Source: Candidatus Cloacimonadota bacterium (GTDB lineage: Bacteria; Cloacimonadota; Cloacimonadia; Cloacimonadales; WRIO01). From it: DNA of 11,904 nucleotides. The stretch spans positions 1 through 11,904 of the forward strand of contig JAKQQL010000106.1 of assembly GCA_029564175.1 (NCBI GenBank), read 5' to 3'. This document shows positions 1 through 7,520 of this stretch, one piece after another (positions within the stretch are counted from its first letter, which is position 1; each line of letters starts with the position of its first letter). The position numbers and the translations under genes are program-made. The notes under the pieces were generated by a model. That model searched no databases, was not told the DNA's origin, and worked only from the letters and a program-made list of their open reading frames with translations.

Positions 1-5
1 GAGTT

Positions 6-50
6 AAATTCCCCTCCGATGGAGGGGTGGCACGAAGTGACGGGGTGGTA
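6..50 (+). repeat. GC-rich double-hairpin repeat, copy 1 (inverted partner of 206-250)
   Basis: AAATT-CCCCTCC-gat-GGAGGGG-TG-G-CAC-gaa-GTG-AC-GGGGTGGTA; 34/45 identical to the reverse complement of 206-250. Confidence 0.85.
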
Positions 51-51
51 C

Positions 52-75
52 GTTTAATTATGAATGATAAATGAT
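52..75 (+). repeat. Degenerate heptamer tract (NATGAAT-like units)
   Basis: gtttaat|tatgaat|gataaat|gat; same unit and same first unit as 7290-7320. Confidence 0.55.
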
Positions 76-131
76 TGAAAATTCCTGTCAAGAGCAGTTG
101 ATTTTGATACAATCTTCTCTGCGTGATACAT

Positions 132-197
132 TGTTTGAATCACTACGAAAAGCATGAAAAATTTACATTCGCAAGCAGGTTGCTTGCGCTACAACTA
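132..197 (+). repeat. 66-bp direct repeat, copy 1 (contains a 9-mer module and a GTAG REP-like hairpin)
   Basis: 65/66 identical to 331-396; the single mismatch is T140 versus A339. Confidence 0.95.
170..192 (-). repeat. GTAG-type REP-like palindrome
   Basis: Minus strand reads GTAG-CGCAAGCA-acc-TGCTTGCG: a GTAG tetranucleotide followed by a perfect 8-bp stem. Confidence 0.8.
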
Positions 198-205
198 AGC
201 GAACT

Positions 206-250
206 TACCACCCCGCCCCAAAGGGGCATCCCTCCACTGGAGGGAAATTT
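206..250 (-). repeat. GC-rich double-hairpin repeat, copy 2
   Basis: Minus strand reads AAATT-TCCCTCC-agt-GGAGGGA-T-GCCCC-ttt-GGGGC-GGGGTGGTA. Confidence 0.85.
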
Positions 251-293
251 TATCACATACCAGTCGTTTTATCTTCTGTAGGGAAAAGCTCTT

Positions 294-320
294 CTTTGCG
301 CACTTTGCGTTCTTTGCGAG
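294..320 (+). repeat. 9-bp-period tandem repeat (CTTTGCGNN)x3
   Basis: ctttgcgca|ctttgcgtt|ctttgcgag at 294, 303 and 312. Confidence 0.85.
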
Positions 321-330
321 AAAAAAAAAC

Positions 331-396
331 TGTTTGAAACACTACGAAAAGCATGAAAAATTTACATTCGCAAGCAGGTTGCTTGCGCTACAACTA
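331..396 (+). repeat. 66-bp direct repeat, copy 2 (REP-like hairpin at 369-391, minus strand)
   Basis: 65/66 identical to 132-197; ends 8 nt before the terminator at 405. Confidence 0.95.
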
Positions 397-404
397 TAAG
401 ATAT

Positions 405-433
405 AAAAAAGCGGGATTTCTCCCGCTTTTTTT
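405..433 (-). terminator. Intrinsic terminator of the 445-3330 gene, probably bidirectional
   Basis: A6-GCGGGA-tttc-TCCCGC-T7, 11 nt beyond the stop codon. Confidence 0.9.
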
Positions 434-444
434 CATTTAAAGTT

Positions 445-3330
445 CTATTTCATTAAGACCATTTTTTTTACCTGAGTAGAAAGTGAAGTACTTAGTTTGT
501 AGAAGTAAATACCGGATGAGACCTGATTGCCATTGCTATCAAGACCATTCCAGACGATTTCGTGATTGCCGGCAGGTTGATATTCATTTACCAGTGTTTT
601 TACTTTCTGACCTTTGACGTTGTATATATTCAGTTCAGTATCTCCGGCATCTTTCAGCTGATAACTGATCTTTGTGCTGGGATTGAAAGGATTCGGATAA
701 TTTTGGTTTAGCACGATCCGGCTTTCCTGACTGACAATATCCTGAGTCTCTGTATAGTCTGTAGTGGATACTTTTTGCAGATTCCAGCCCTGTGTAAAAT
801 CTTCTTCATAACAATTATAATTATATCTCCAGGCAAGGAGCGCAGATTGATTGTCAATTTTACAGCATTGAATACCATTAATCTCATTGATATCAGATGA
901 AGCAATTTCTGACAAACCTCCCATAGGCAATACATTCTCGTTAAAGACTGTCATATTCACTGAACTATAATCTATTATCAGACATAATGTACGATTATGC
1001 ATTGATATGGGATAATGATAATTAAAGTTTGAAATCAAATTACTGTGGATAAACTGAGGGAAACCGGCATCAGCAATTAAACCGTTTTCTGTCAGATGAT
1101 ACTGAAGTTTGTATAAATTACTGGAATAATCATCAAAGTATAAGATTACTTTACCGTTCCATTCTAAAGAATACATCCATATTCCCTCTTGTGTAAGCAG
1201 TTCTGTAGCAGGTACCAGGAGCTGTCCGGTTTCGTCAATGATTGCATAATATAGTTTACTGTTCCACATATCTATGTTATTTGATATGTTATTTGAAAAG
1301 AAAACCAAAGTCTTATCTTGAAGCTTTAACAATTTTAATCCACTTATATAAGTCATTTCAGGAAGTTCAAACAACAAAACGCCTTGAGGGTCGATACCCT
1401 GTATTGGATTCCCTTCACTGTCAATCATTAAATAACGAATGGCAGGACTTACATTTAATGAACCTTCTCTCCAGAAGAAAAGTCTGTCATTAGTGCCTTC
1501 ATAAAAAAGATTACATTCAACATTGTTTGGATCAAATTCATCGTTAGTACTTTTATTGATGAGGGTTCTGCCTTCTCCTTCCCATATAGGATAACCCTGA
1601 AATACTCTCTGTCCAACGATATAGCCAGTGTAATTATTGAATTCTCTTACAGCAATATAGAAGTAATAGTCATCCTCTGCAATATCTAATTCCATTGTCA
1701 CATTATCAACAGTCACCTCATTCGAGTAAAATATTTCTCTGCCTAATGGGTGATATTGCAGTTCACCCTGAGGATTGATTTTCTGTATTTTTACTCTTTT
1801 AAATCCCTCTTGCATTGAGGTCCATAAAAAGATGAAATTGCCCTGAGGATCCATCTTAACTGCACAATCTCCATAATTAACAAGATCAGATAAAGGAGAA
1901 ATAGCAATTCCGTTTTCCGGAGAGACCTCAACACCGTCTGCATCATATATTTGAAGAAAATGCTGAAAACCCGTTGCATCATTATATCGATAGGAAAATA
2001 CATAATGCTGATTATTGTAATTAAACAGTTTGATGACTTCAGCATATCCGCCATGACCCTGTATTAAGTTGACAGGTGTTTCTGATACCAGCTGATTGTT
2101 TACAGTGTCCATAAAGTGTACATCAATTTTACCTTCATTCAAACAATTGATCAGACTGTGTTTATTACCTACTTTCTTTGCTGTTAAGACTGGGTAAGAA
2201 GTAAAATCAGCCAAAAAACGTCCTTCGTTGCCATATAAAGCTTGACCAGAGCTGTTGATGACCTGATTGTACATTTGGTCTGGGATAGAATCAAAATCTC
2301 TAATCCAGTACAGGTAGATGTTGTGATTATCACTAAGCAGGATACTGACATTCATAATATTGCTGGAAACCGTGCTTACTGGTCCCCACAGCAGATTTAA
2401 ATCCTCATCGTATTTTGCAGTATCCAATACTAAATAATCATTAAACAACATTACATACTGGTTTTCATCCTTTTGAATTTTGGGTTGTATTGATCTATTA
2501 CTGTGAAGCACTTTGTTCTCTGTCCACAAGATTTCGCCCTGAGGACTGATCTTTTGGGCAATTGTATTGACATTAGTCTTTACAATATAAAAAAGATTCC
2601 CATTGGCAGCAGGTAATAATAGGTTACCTGTAAACATCTCGCTAAACACAGCAATATCCCATACAGTCTCTCCATTTAAGTTGAGCTTTAACAAACGACT
2701 ATGGCTGCCATCATTATAAGCGAAATAATATCCGTCATTTGCCAAACAGACTAAATCATAACAATATGAAGTAATAGGTAATCTATATTGACTAATCTGA
2801 TTGCCTGAATAGCTGATATGCTTAAGATAAATGCCATCGTTTCCATCAGATAAATAGATTGCTCCTCCCATATTGTCAGAGAAGATTTTTGCTTGAGCAT
2901 ACTCATTACTTTGCTCCGGCAGTTCGATACCAGTATTACCCCAAAGTAACTGCCCGTTCATATCAAGCTTTTGCATATAGTAGGTCCGATTACTTTGCAT
3001 GCTATACCCTGCCCAGGCGATGATCACTGAGTTATCATCCGCTTTGATAATCGAAGGGTTGGATTGATGCTGTGAACTTTCAGCCAAGAGAAGACCTGTG
3101 TCAGCCCAGAGTTTCTGACCATTTTCATTGAAATATTGGGCATACAGTTTTCTCACTTCATTTCGACTTTCACTCCATACATAGACAATACCGTTCGGCA
3201 TTTCCACACTGGCTTGGTTACTTCTGATGAATGAGCTTTCATACACTTTTGCCGGTGCATCCCAGACATTCATCGCCATTAAAAAAGACATACAAAATAA
3301 CAGTGCTAACAAGATTCCTGATTTCTTCAT
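445..3330 (-). CDS. Secreted/surface protein (961 aa) with repeated beta-propeller-like blades and a C-terminal FlgD-Ig / T9SS type A sorting-like domain
   Basis: Start moved from the ORF-track 3429 to ATG 3330: GGGGAGG SD at 3336-3342, followed by a signal peptide MKKSGILLALLFCMSFLMA. About 12 repeats of a Q/L-K-I/L-D/N-x-x-G-x-x-x-W-x-x-x-G-like motif. C-terminus QNYPNPFNPSTKISY...IYNVKGQKVKTLV...VWNGLDSNGNQVSSGIYFYKL...KKMVLMK. Confidence 0.9.
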   Translation of the reverse strand: MKKSGILLALLFCMSFLMAMNVWDAPAKVYESSFIRSNQASVEMPNGIVYVWSESRNEVRKLYAQYFNENGQKLWADTGLLLAESSQHQSNPSIIKADDNSVIIAWAGYSMQSNRTYYMQKLDMNGQLLWGNTGIELPEQSNEYAQAKIFSDNMGGAIYLSDGNDGIYLKHISYSGNQISQYRLPITSYCYDLVCLANDGYYFAYNDGSHSRLLKLNLNGETVWDIAVFSEMFTGNLLLPAANGNLFYIVKTNVNTIAQKISPQGEILWTENKVLHSNRSIQPKIQKDENQYVMLFNDYLVLDTAKYDEDLNLLWGPVSTVSSNIMNVSILLSDNHNIYLYWIRDFDSIPDQMYNQVINSSGQALYGNEGRFLADFTSYPVLTAKKVGNKHSLINCLNEGKIDVHFMDTVNNQLVSETPVNLIQGHGGYAEVIKLFNYNNQHYVFSYRYNDATGFQHFLQIYDADGVEVSPENGIAISPLSDLVNYGDCAVKMDPQGNFIFLWTSMQEGFKRVKIQKINPQGELQYHPLGREIFYSNEVTVDNVTMELDIAEDDYYFYIAVREFNNYTGYIVGQRVFQGYPIWEGEGRTLINKSTNDEFDPNNVECNLFYEGTNDRLFFWREGSLNVSPAIRYLMIDSEGNPIQGIDPQGVLLFELPEMTYISGLKLLKLQDKTLVFFSNNISNNIDMWNSKLYYAIIDETGQLLVPATELLTQEGIWMYSLEWNGKVILYFDDYSSNLYKLQYHLTENGLIADAGFPQFIHSNLISNFNYHYPISMHNRTLCLIIDYSSVNMTVFNENVLPMGGLSEIASSDINEINGIQCCKIDNQSALLAWRYNYNCYEEDFTQGWNLQKVSTTDYTETQDIVSQESRIVLNQNYPNPFNPSTKISYQLKDAGDTELNIYNVKGQKVKTLVNEYQPAGNHEIVWNGLDSNGNQVSSGIYFYKLSTSLSTQVKKMVLMK

Positions 3331-3501
3331 AGAATCCTCCCCTATATTTTTTGGCATGAATCTAATATCGCAATAAACGTTCCAATTGATTTGTTTGTGT
3401 AAATAAAGGAATAGAAGAATCCTCTTCACAGATCAGTTAAAATCTATGTACATGTATGATACTCACAGGACCTTTTGTAGATATTGTGAATTGATAAAAC
3501 G

Positions 3502-3528
3502 GTAGCGCAAGCGATCAGCTTGCGCTAC
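3502..3528. repeat. Symmetrical GTAG REP-like palindrome downstream of ileS, possibly acting as its terminator
   Basis: GTAGCGCAAGC-gatca-GCTTGCGCTAC (perfect 11-bp stem); same arm as 170-192; followed by CGTTTTAT on the minus strand. Confidence 0.8.
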
Positions 3529-3579
3529 TATTATTGCAAACAGCCATGATAGCCGTCTATACATTAAATGATGTATGCT

Positions 3580-6500
3580 TTATATTTTTTCGATTTTGAG
3601 GAAGAACTTATGTCCGTTGATATCCCATTCTTTCATATCTTCAGTGATATTATCTGTCCTGAGGATTTCATTGCTAAGTGTTTCACTCTTGATATAATCC
3701 TGATAAATTTTCAGGGCATTGCAGACTTCTTCAGGACAGAAGTAATGAACACGGATTCTGTCCATGATCTCAAACTTCATTTCCTTACGGGTAAACTGGA
3801 TTTTGTTGACCACTTCACGCGCATGACCTTCTAAAATCAGTTCAGGGGTCATATTGACATCCAGTGCCACATAATTCTGACGGTTGTTTTCAAACGCAAA
3901 ACCCTGTACTGGAGCGATTGAGATCATCAGGTCTTCAGAAGCGATTTCATATTCCTGATCGTTGAGCTTGAGAATATAAGGTTTGTTACCTTCAAATGCA
4001 GATAATATCTCATTGACAGCGATATTTTCCAGCGCTTTGGAAATAATCTGTACGTCTTTACCATATTTTGGACCGGCTGTTTTGAAGTTTAACTTTGCCT
4101 GCCATTTCACCACATCGTTATCTTCATCGAGGAATAAAAGCTCTTTGACATTGATTTCTTCGATAATCAGATCTCTCATTCTCTGTACCAGCTCAGTATG
4201 TTTTTTAGGCAGATAAAGAGCGCTCAAAGTCTGACGAACCTTGATCTGTACCTGATTACGTGCCGCACGACCCATGGTAACGAAATCAACCACTAAGTCC
4301 ATTTCTTTTTCGAGTTTAGTATTGATTTTAGACTGATCACAAACAGGGTATTCTTCGAGATGAACACTCAGATTATCAAGACCTTCAGCAGATCTCAAAC
4401 CGGTATAAATCGCATCAGCGATATAAGGCGCAAATGGTGCTATGAGTTTTGACAGACTGATCATCACTTCAAAGAGTGTCAGATACGCTTCAATCTTATC
4501 GTTGGTGAGTTCCATTGCCCAGTATCTGTGACGGGAACGGCGAACATACCAGTTGCTCAGATCATCAAGAACGAATTTCTGAATAGCTCTTAGACTGCGT
4601 GTAAAGTCATATTTTTCATTATTATCAACTACAGTAGCGATCAGGCTGTTTAATTTGGAATAAATCCAGTGATCCAGCTCAGATTCTCTCTGTGTATGGT
4701 CTGCATGATCTTTTGGATGGAAATTATCAATGCTGGCATAGGTTACATAGAAAGAATACACATTCTTTAAGGTACCAATAAATTTACCATAGATTTCTTC
4801 AACACCTTTGACATCAAATTTGGTAGGTGTCCATGGAGGGCTGACATGTAAAAGATACCAGCGAACCGCATCTGCACCGTATTTATCCATGATTTCCATC
4901 GGATCAACAGAATTGCCTCTGGTTTTAGACATTTTCTGACCATTCTTATCTAAGATCAGATCATTAACCAGTACGTTTTTGTAAGGGCTTTCGCCACGTA
5001 AAATGGTTGAGATTGCCAATAAAGTATAGAACCAGCCACGGGTCTGATCAATACCTTCACTGATAAAGTCAGCAGGGAAGAGTTCGCTCTCAAAGATGTC
5101 TTTATTTTCAAATGGATAATGCCATTGTGCAAAAGGCATTGAACCACTGTCAAACCAGCAGTCAATAACTTCAGGTGTACGATATGTATCTTTCTGGCAT
5201 TTTGGGCAAGGAATTTTAATTTTATCAATAAATGGTCTGTGTAATTCAATATTTTCAGGCACGTCAGAGCCATCTTCCATTTTACCACGCTGACGCAGTT
5301 CTTCAATCGAACCGATGCTGACCATTTCATTACAGTCTTCACATTTCCAGATATTCAGCGGAGTTCCCCAGAATCTGTCACGGGAAAGCGCCCAGTCCAC
5401 ATTATTGTCCAGCCATTCGCCAAAGCGTTTTTCACCCACAAACTGAGGATACCAGTTTACCTGCTGATTATTATGAATCATCTGATTTTTATATTCACTG
5501 GTTCTGATATACCAGGTAGAGCGCGCATAGTAGATCAATGGGCTTTTACAGCGCCAGCAGAAAGGATAAGAGTGGATAATCTGAGATCTTTTATACAGAT
5601 GACCACTGTCTTTCAGGGCACGGATAATAGATTTATCAGCTTCTTTAACAAAAAGTCCTTTATAATCTGTTACTTCTTCAGTAAATTTACCCGCATCATC
5701 AACAGGTTGGATAAATGGCAGATTGTATTTCATACCGATCATATAGTCATCCTGACCAAATGCAGGCGCTGTATGAACGATACCCGTACCATCTTCCATA
5801 GATACATAATCACCGCAAGCCACGTAATAGGCTGGCTTATCAGGTGTTACGTAAGTAAAGAGCGGTTCATATTTCTGATATTCCAGATCAATACCAGGCA
5901 TTTCCTGAACGATTTCATATTCATCATCCAAAACAGCTAATCTGGCTTTAGCCAAAATGAGAAATTCTTCTTTTTCTTCTTTAACCAAACGAACTTTTAC
6001 ATATTTTTCATCCGGATTAACGACCAACGCTACGTTAGAAATCAATGTCCAAGGCGTAGTGGTCCAGGCAAGAAAATAGGTATTTTCATTGTCAATTAAT
6101 TTAAATTTAACAAATACAGAAGGATCTTCCACGTCTTCATAACCCTGAGCCACTTCATGAGAAGAGAGCGGAGTACCACAACTTGGGCAGTAAGGAACGA
6201 TTTTGTGTCCTTTATAAATCAGGTTTTTATCAAAAAACTGGCGTAAAATCCACCAAACAGACTCGATATAATTATTATCCAGAGTGATATATGGATTTTT
6301 TAAGTCAATCCAGTAACCCATGGTTTTGGTCATATTCTGCCATTCTTTTTCATAAGAAAAGACAGATTCGCGGCAAGCCACACAGAATTTTTCAATTCCG
6401 TATTCTTCCACTTCTTTTTTGTTGTGCAAGCCTAATTTTTTTTCCACTTCAATTTCAACAGGGAGACCGTGAGTATCCCAACCGGCTTTACGCTTGACCT

Positions 6501-6732
6501 GATAGCCACGCATGGTTTTGTAACGGCATACCGTATCTTTGATAGAACGGGCAATCACATGGTGAATACCAGGTTTACCATTAGCAGTTGGAGGCCCTTC
6601 AAAAAAGACAAATTTTTGAGCGCCTTCACGATTGGTGATGCTTTTATCAGGGATTTGTTTATCCTGCCAGTATTCTGCAACCTTTTTCTCAAAATCGGAT
6701 GCTTTTTCTTTTAAGTCGATTGATTTATACAT
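3580..6732 (-). CDS. ileS: Isoleucine--tRNA ligase, type 2 (IleRS2)
   Basis: 1050 aa. Motifs FEGPPTANGKPGIHH, GWDTHGLPVE, AWTTTPWTL (editing domain), GTGIVHTAPAFGQDD, DWALSRDRFWGTP, EGIDQTRGWFY and KMSKT. Long type-2 C-terminus with no terminal Zn finger. AAGGGG SD at 6741-6746. Confidence 0.98.
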   Translation of the reverse strand: MYKSIDLKEKASDFEKKVAEYWQDKQIPDKSITNREGAQKFVFFEGPPTANGKPGIHHVIARSIKDTVCRYKTMRGYQVKRKAGWDTHGLPVEIEVEKKLGLHNKKEVEEYGIEKFCVACRESVFSYEKEWQNMTKTMGYWIDLKNPYITLDNNYIESVWWILRQFFDKNLIYKGHKIVPYCPSCGTPLSSHEVAQGYEDVEDPSVFVKFKLIDNENTYFLAWTTTPWTLISNVALVVNPDEKYVKVRLVKEEKEEFLILAKARLAVLDDEYEIVQEMPGIDLEYQKYEPLFTYVTPDKPAYYVACGDYVSMEDGTGIVHTAPAFGQDDYMIGMKYNLPFIQPVDDAGKFTEEVTDYKGLFVKEADKSIIRALKDSGHLYKRSQIIHSYPFCWRCKSPLIYYARSTWYIRTSEYKNQMIHNNQQVNWYPQFVGEKRFGEWLDNNVDWALSRDRFWGTPLNIWKCEDCNEMVSIGSIEELRQRGKMEDGSDVPENIELHRPFIDKIKIPCPKCQKDTYRTPEVIDCWFDSGSMPFAQWHYPFENKDIFESELFPADFISEGIDQTRGWFYTLLAISTILRGESPYKNVLVNDLILDKNGQKMSKTRGNSVDPMEIMDKYGADAVRWYLLHVSPPWTPTKFDVKGVEEIYGKFIGTLKNVYSFYVTYASIDNFHPKDHADHTQRESELDHWIYSKLNSLIATVVDNNEKYDFTRSLRAIQKFVLDDLSNWYVRRSRHRYWAMELTNDKIEAYLTLFEVMISLSKLIAPFAPYIADAIYTGLRSAEGLDNLSVHLEEYPVCDQSKINTKLEKEMDLVVDFVTMGRAARNQVQIKVRQTLSALYLPKKHTELVQRMRDLIIEEINVKELLFLDEDNDVVKWQAKLNFKTAGPKYGKDVQIISKALENIAVNEILSAFEGNKPYILKLNDQEYEIASEDLMISIAPVQGFAFENNRQNYVALDVNMTPELILEGHAREVVNKIQFTRKEMKFEIMDRIRVHYFCPEEVCNALKIYQDYIKSETLSNEILRTDNITEDMKEWDINGHKFFLKIEKI

Positions 6733-6760
6733 AATATACGCCCCTTAAATCGTAGTACGA

Positions 6761-7051
6761 TTATTCTGCTTCTTTATTTTCAGCAGGAGTTTCTTCTGTT
6801 GATTCAGCTTCTTTAGTTTCTTCTTCAAATAAATCTTTAAAATCTTCCATTAACTGAGGATCGGTTTTAACATATTCTTTCCATTCTTCCATGGCTTTTT
6901 CCACGTCAACACATTTTTCACAAACAACCAGTGTATTCTCAGGGGAAGTGCCGATATATCCTCTGTCATAGCATTTTTTACAGGATCTTTTTTTACGGTG
7001 TTTAAGCACAATTTCTTTGGCTTTATCTAAATGTTGTTCAGCTAAAAACAT
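6761..7051 (-). CDS. Small hypothetical protein with two CxxC pairs (putative Zn-binding) and an acidic tail
   Basis: 96 aa; CKKCYDRGYIG...VVCEKC; GAGGT SD at 7056-7060; 28-nt gap to the ileS start. Confidence 0.85.
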   Translation of the reverse strand: MFLAEQHLDKAKEIVLKHRKKRSCKKCYDRGYIGTSPENTLVVCEKCVDVEKAMEEWKEYVKTDPQLMEDFKDLFEEETKEAESTEETPAENKEAE

Positions 7052-7084
7052 AATTACCTCTATTCTACAATTATTAACTCACTT

Positions 7085-7116
7085 AGCATATTTTTTTACA
7101 AGGGCGTTCATGTCAA
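7085..7116 (-). promoter_or_regulatory. Candidate sigma70-type promoter for the Cys4 gene and ileS
   Basis: Perfect TTGACA at 7116-7111. The best -10 (TATGCT, 7090-7085) is at an atypical 20-nt spacing. Confidence 0.4.
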
Positions 7117-7199
7117 GTAAAATGAAGAGAGATTGACAGATAAGCATTTAGGGATTAATTAAGAGTTCTGAATTGCAAAATATTAAGTTTTTATGCAAA

Positions 7200-7291
7200 G
7201 TAACTACCCAGGTACTCGTTCACACAATAATTGGGTATCTACAAAATGTCATTATCAAAAAAAAGCCAAAACTGTCCGTAGGGAGGGATGT
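7200..7291 (+). mobile_element. Truncated second copy of the left end of the 11469-11735 element
   Basis: 7200-7251 matches 11469-11520 at 39/52 with no gaps. After a 17-nt insertion, 7269-7284 matches 11521-11536 at 15/16. Confidence 0.7.
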
Positions 7292-7320
7292 TTAATGATG
7301 AATTATGAATTATGAATGAT
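7290..7320 (+). repeat. Heptamer tandem tract (NATGAAT)
   Basis: gtttaat|gatgaat|tatgaat|tatgaat|gat. Confidence 0.75.
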
Positions 7321-7359
7321 TTTAATTTCCCCTAACAGGATGGTCGTACTCAATACTAT

Positions 7360-7387
7360 TTTAGTGTATTTAGTGCCTTTTCGTGGT
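7360..7387 (-). repeat. Repeat with ~9-bp period (CAC[G/T]AAA core)
   Basis: Minus strand reads accacgaaa|aggcactaaa|tacactaaa; similar to actacgaaa|agcatgaaa inside the 66-bp repeat (142-159 and 341-358). Confidence 0.65.
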
Positions 7388-7402
7388 AATAAAATTCGGC
7401 CT

Positions 7403-7520
7403 TACAACCGAAAAAACCGGTACTAAAAGCATCTTGCTTGTAGTCTTTTCTGCAAGCTGGAAGCTTACAGTACGGTTGTAGAACAACCAACCTGGTTGTT
7501 TAGCTGGAAGCTTTCAGTAC
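7403..7520. repeat. Cluster of four alternating GTAC/GTAG REP-like units (BIME-like)
   Basis: 7420-7443 (+) GTAC-TAAAAGC-atctt-GCTTGTA-G; 7450-7473 (-) GTAC-TGTAAGC-ttcca-GCTTGCA-G; 7478-7500 (+) GTAG-AACAACCA-acc-TGGTTGTT; 7502-7520 (-) partial unit, 18/19 identical to 7455-7473. Outer inverted repeat TACAACCG 7403-7410 / CGGTTGTA 7473-7480. Confidence 0.75.

Noticed and set aside
132..396. CRISPR array from the 66-bp direct repeats
   Set aside because: Only two copies; the 66-bp repeat and 133-bp spacer are too long; the spacer is made of other repeat modules; no cas genes in the window.
445..3330. Diversity-generating retroelement target
   Set aside because: No reverse transcriptase and no template/variable repeat pair with adenine-specific mismatches seen in the window.
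3331..3429. 33-aa N-terminal extension of the surface protein in the ORF track
   Set aside because: The strong SD and signal peptide begin at ATG 3330; the extension would bury the signal peptide.
3427..3468. Similarity of TACATGTATGATAC and CACAGATCA to the reverse complement of the element centre (about 11596-11616)
   Set aside because: Two short matches (13/14 and 9/9) in swapped order within AT-rich DNA; could be chance without more copies.
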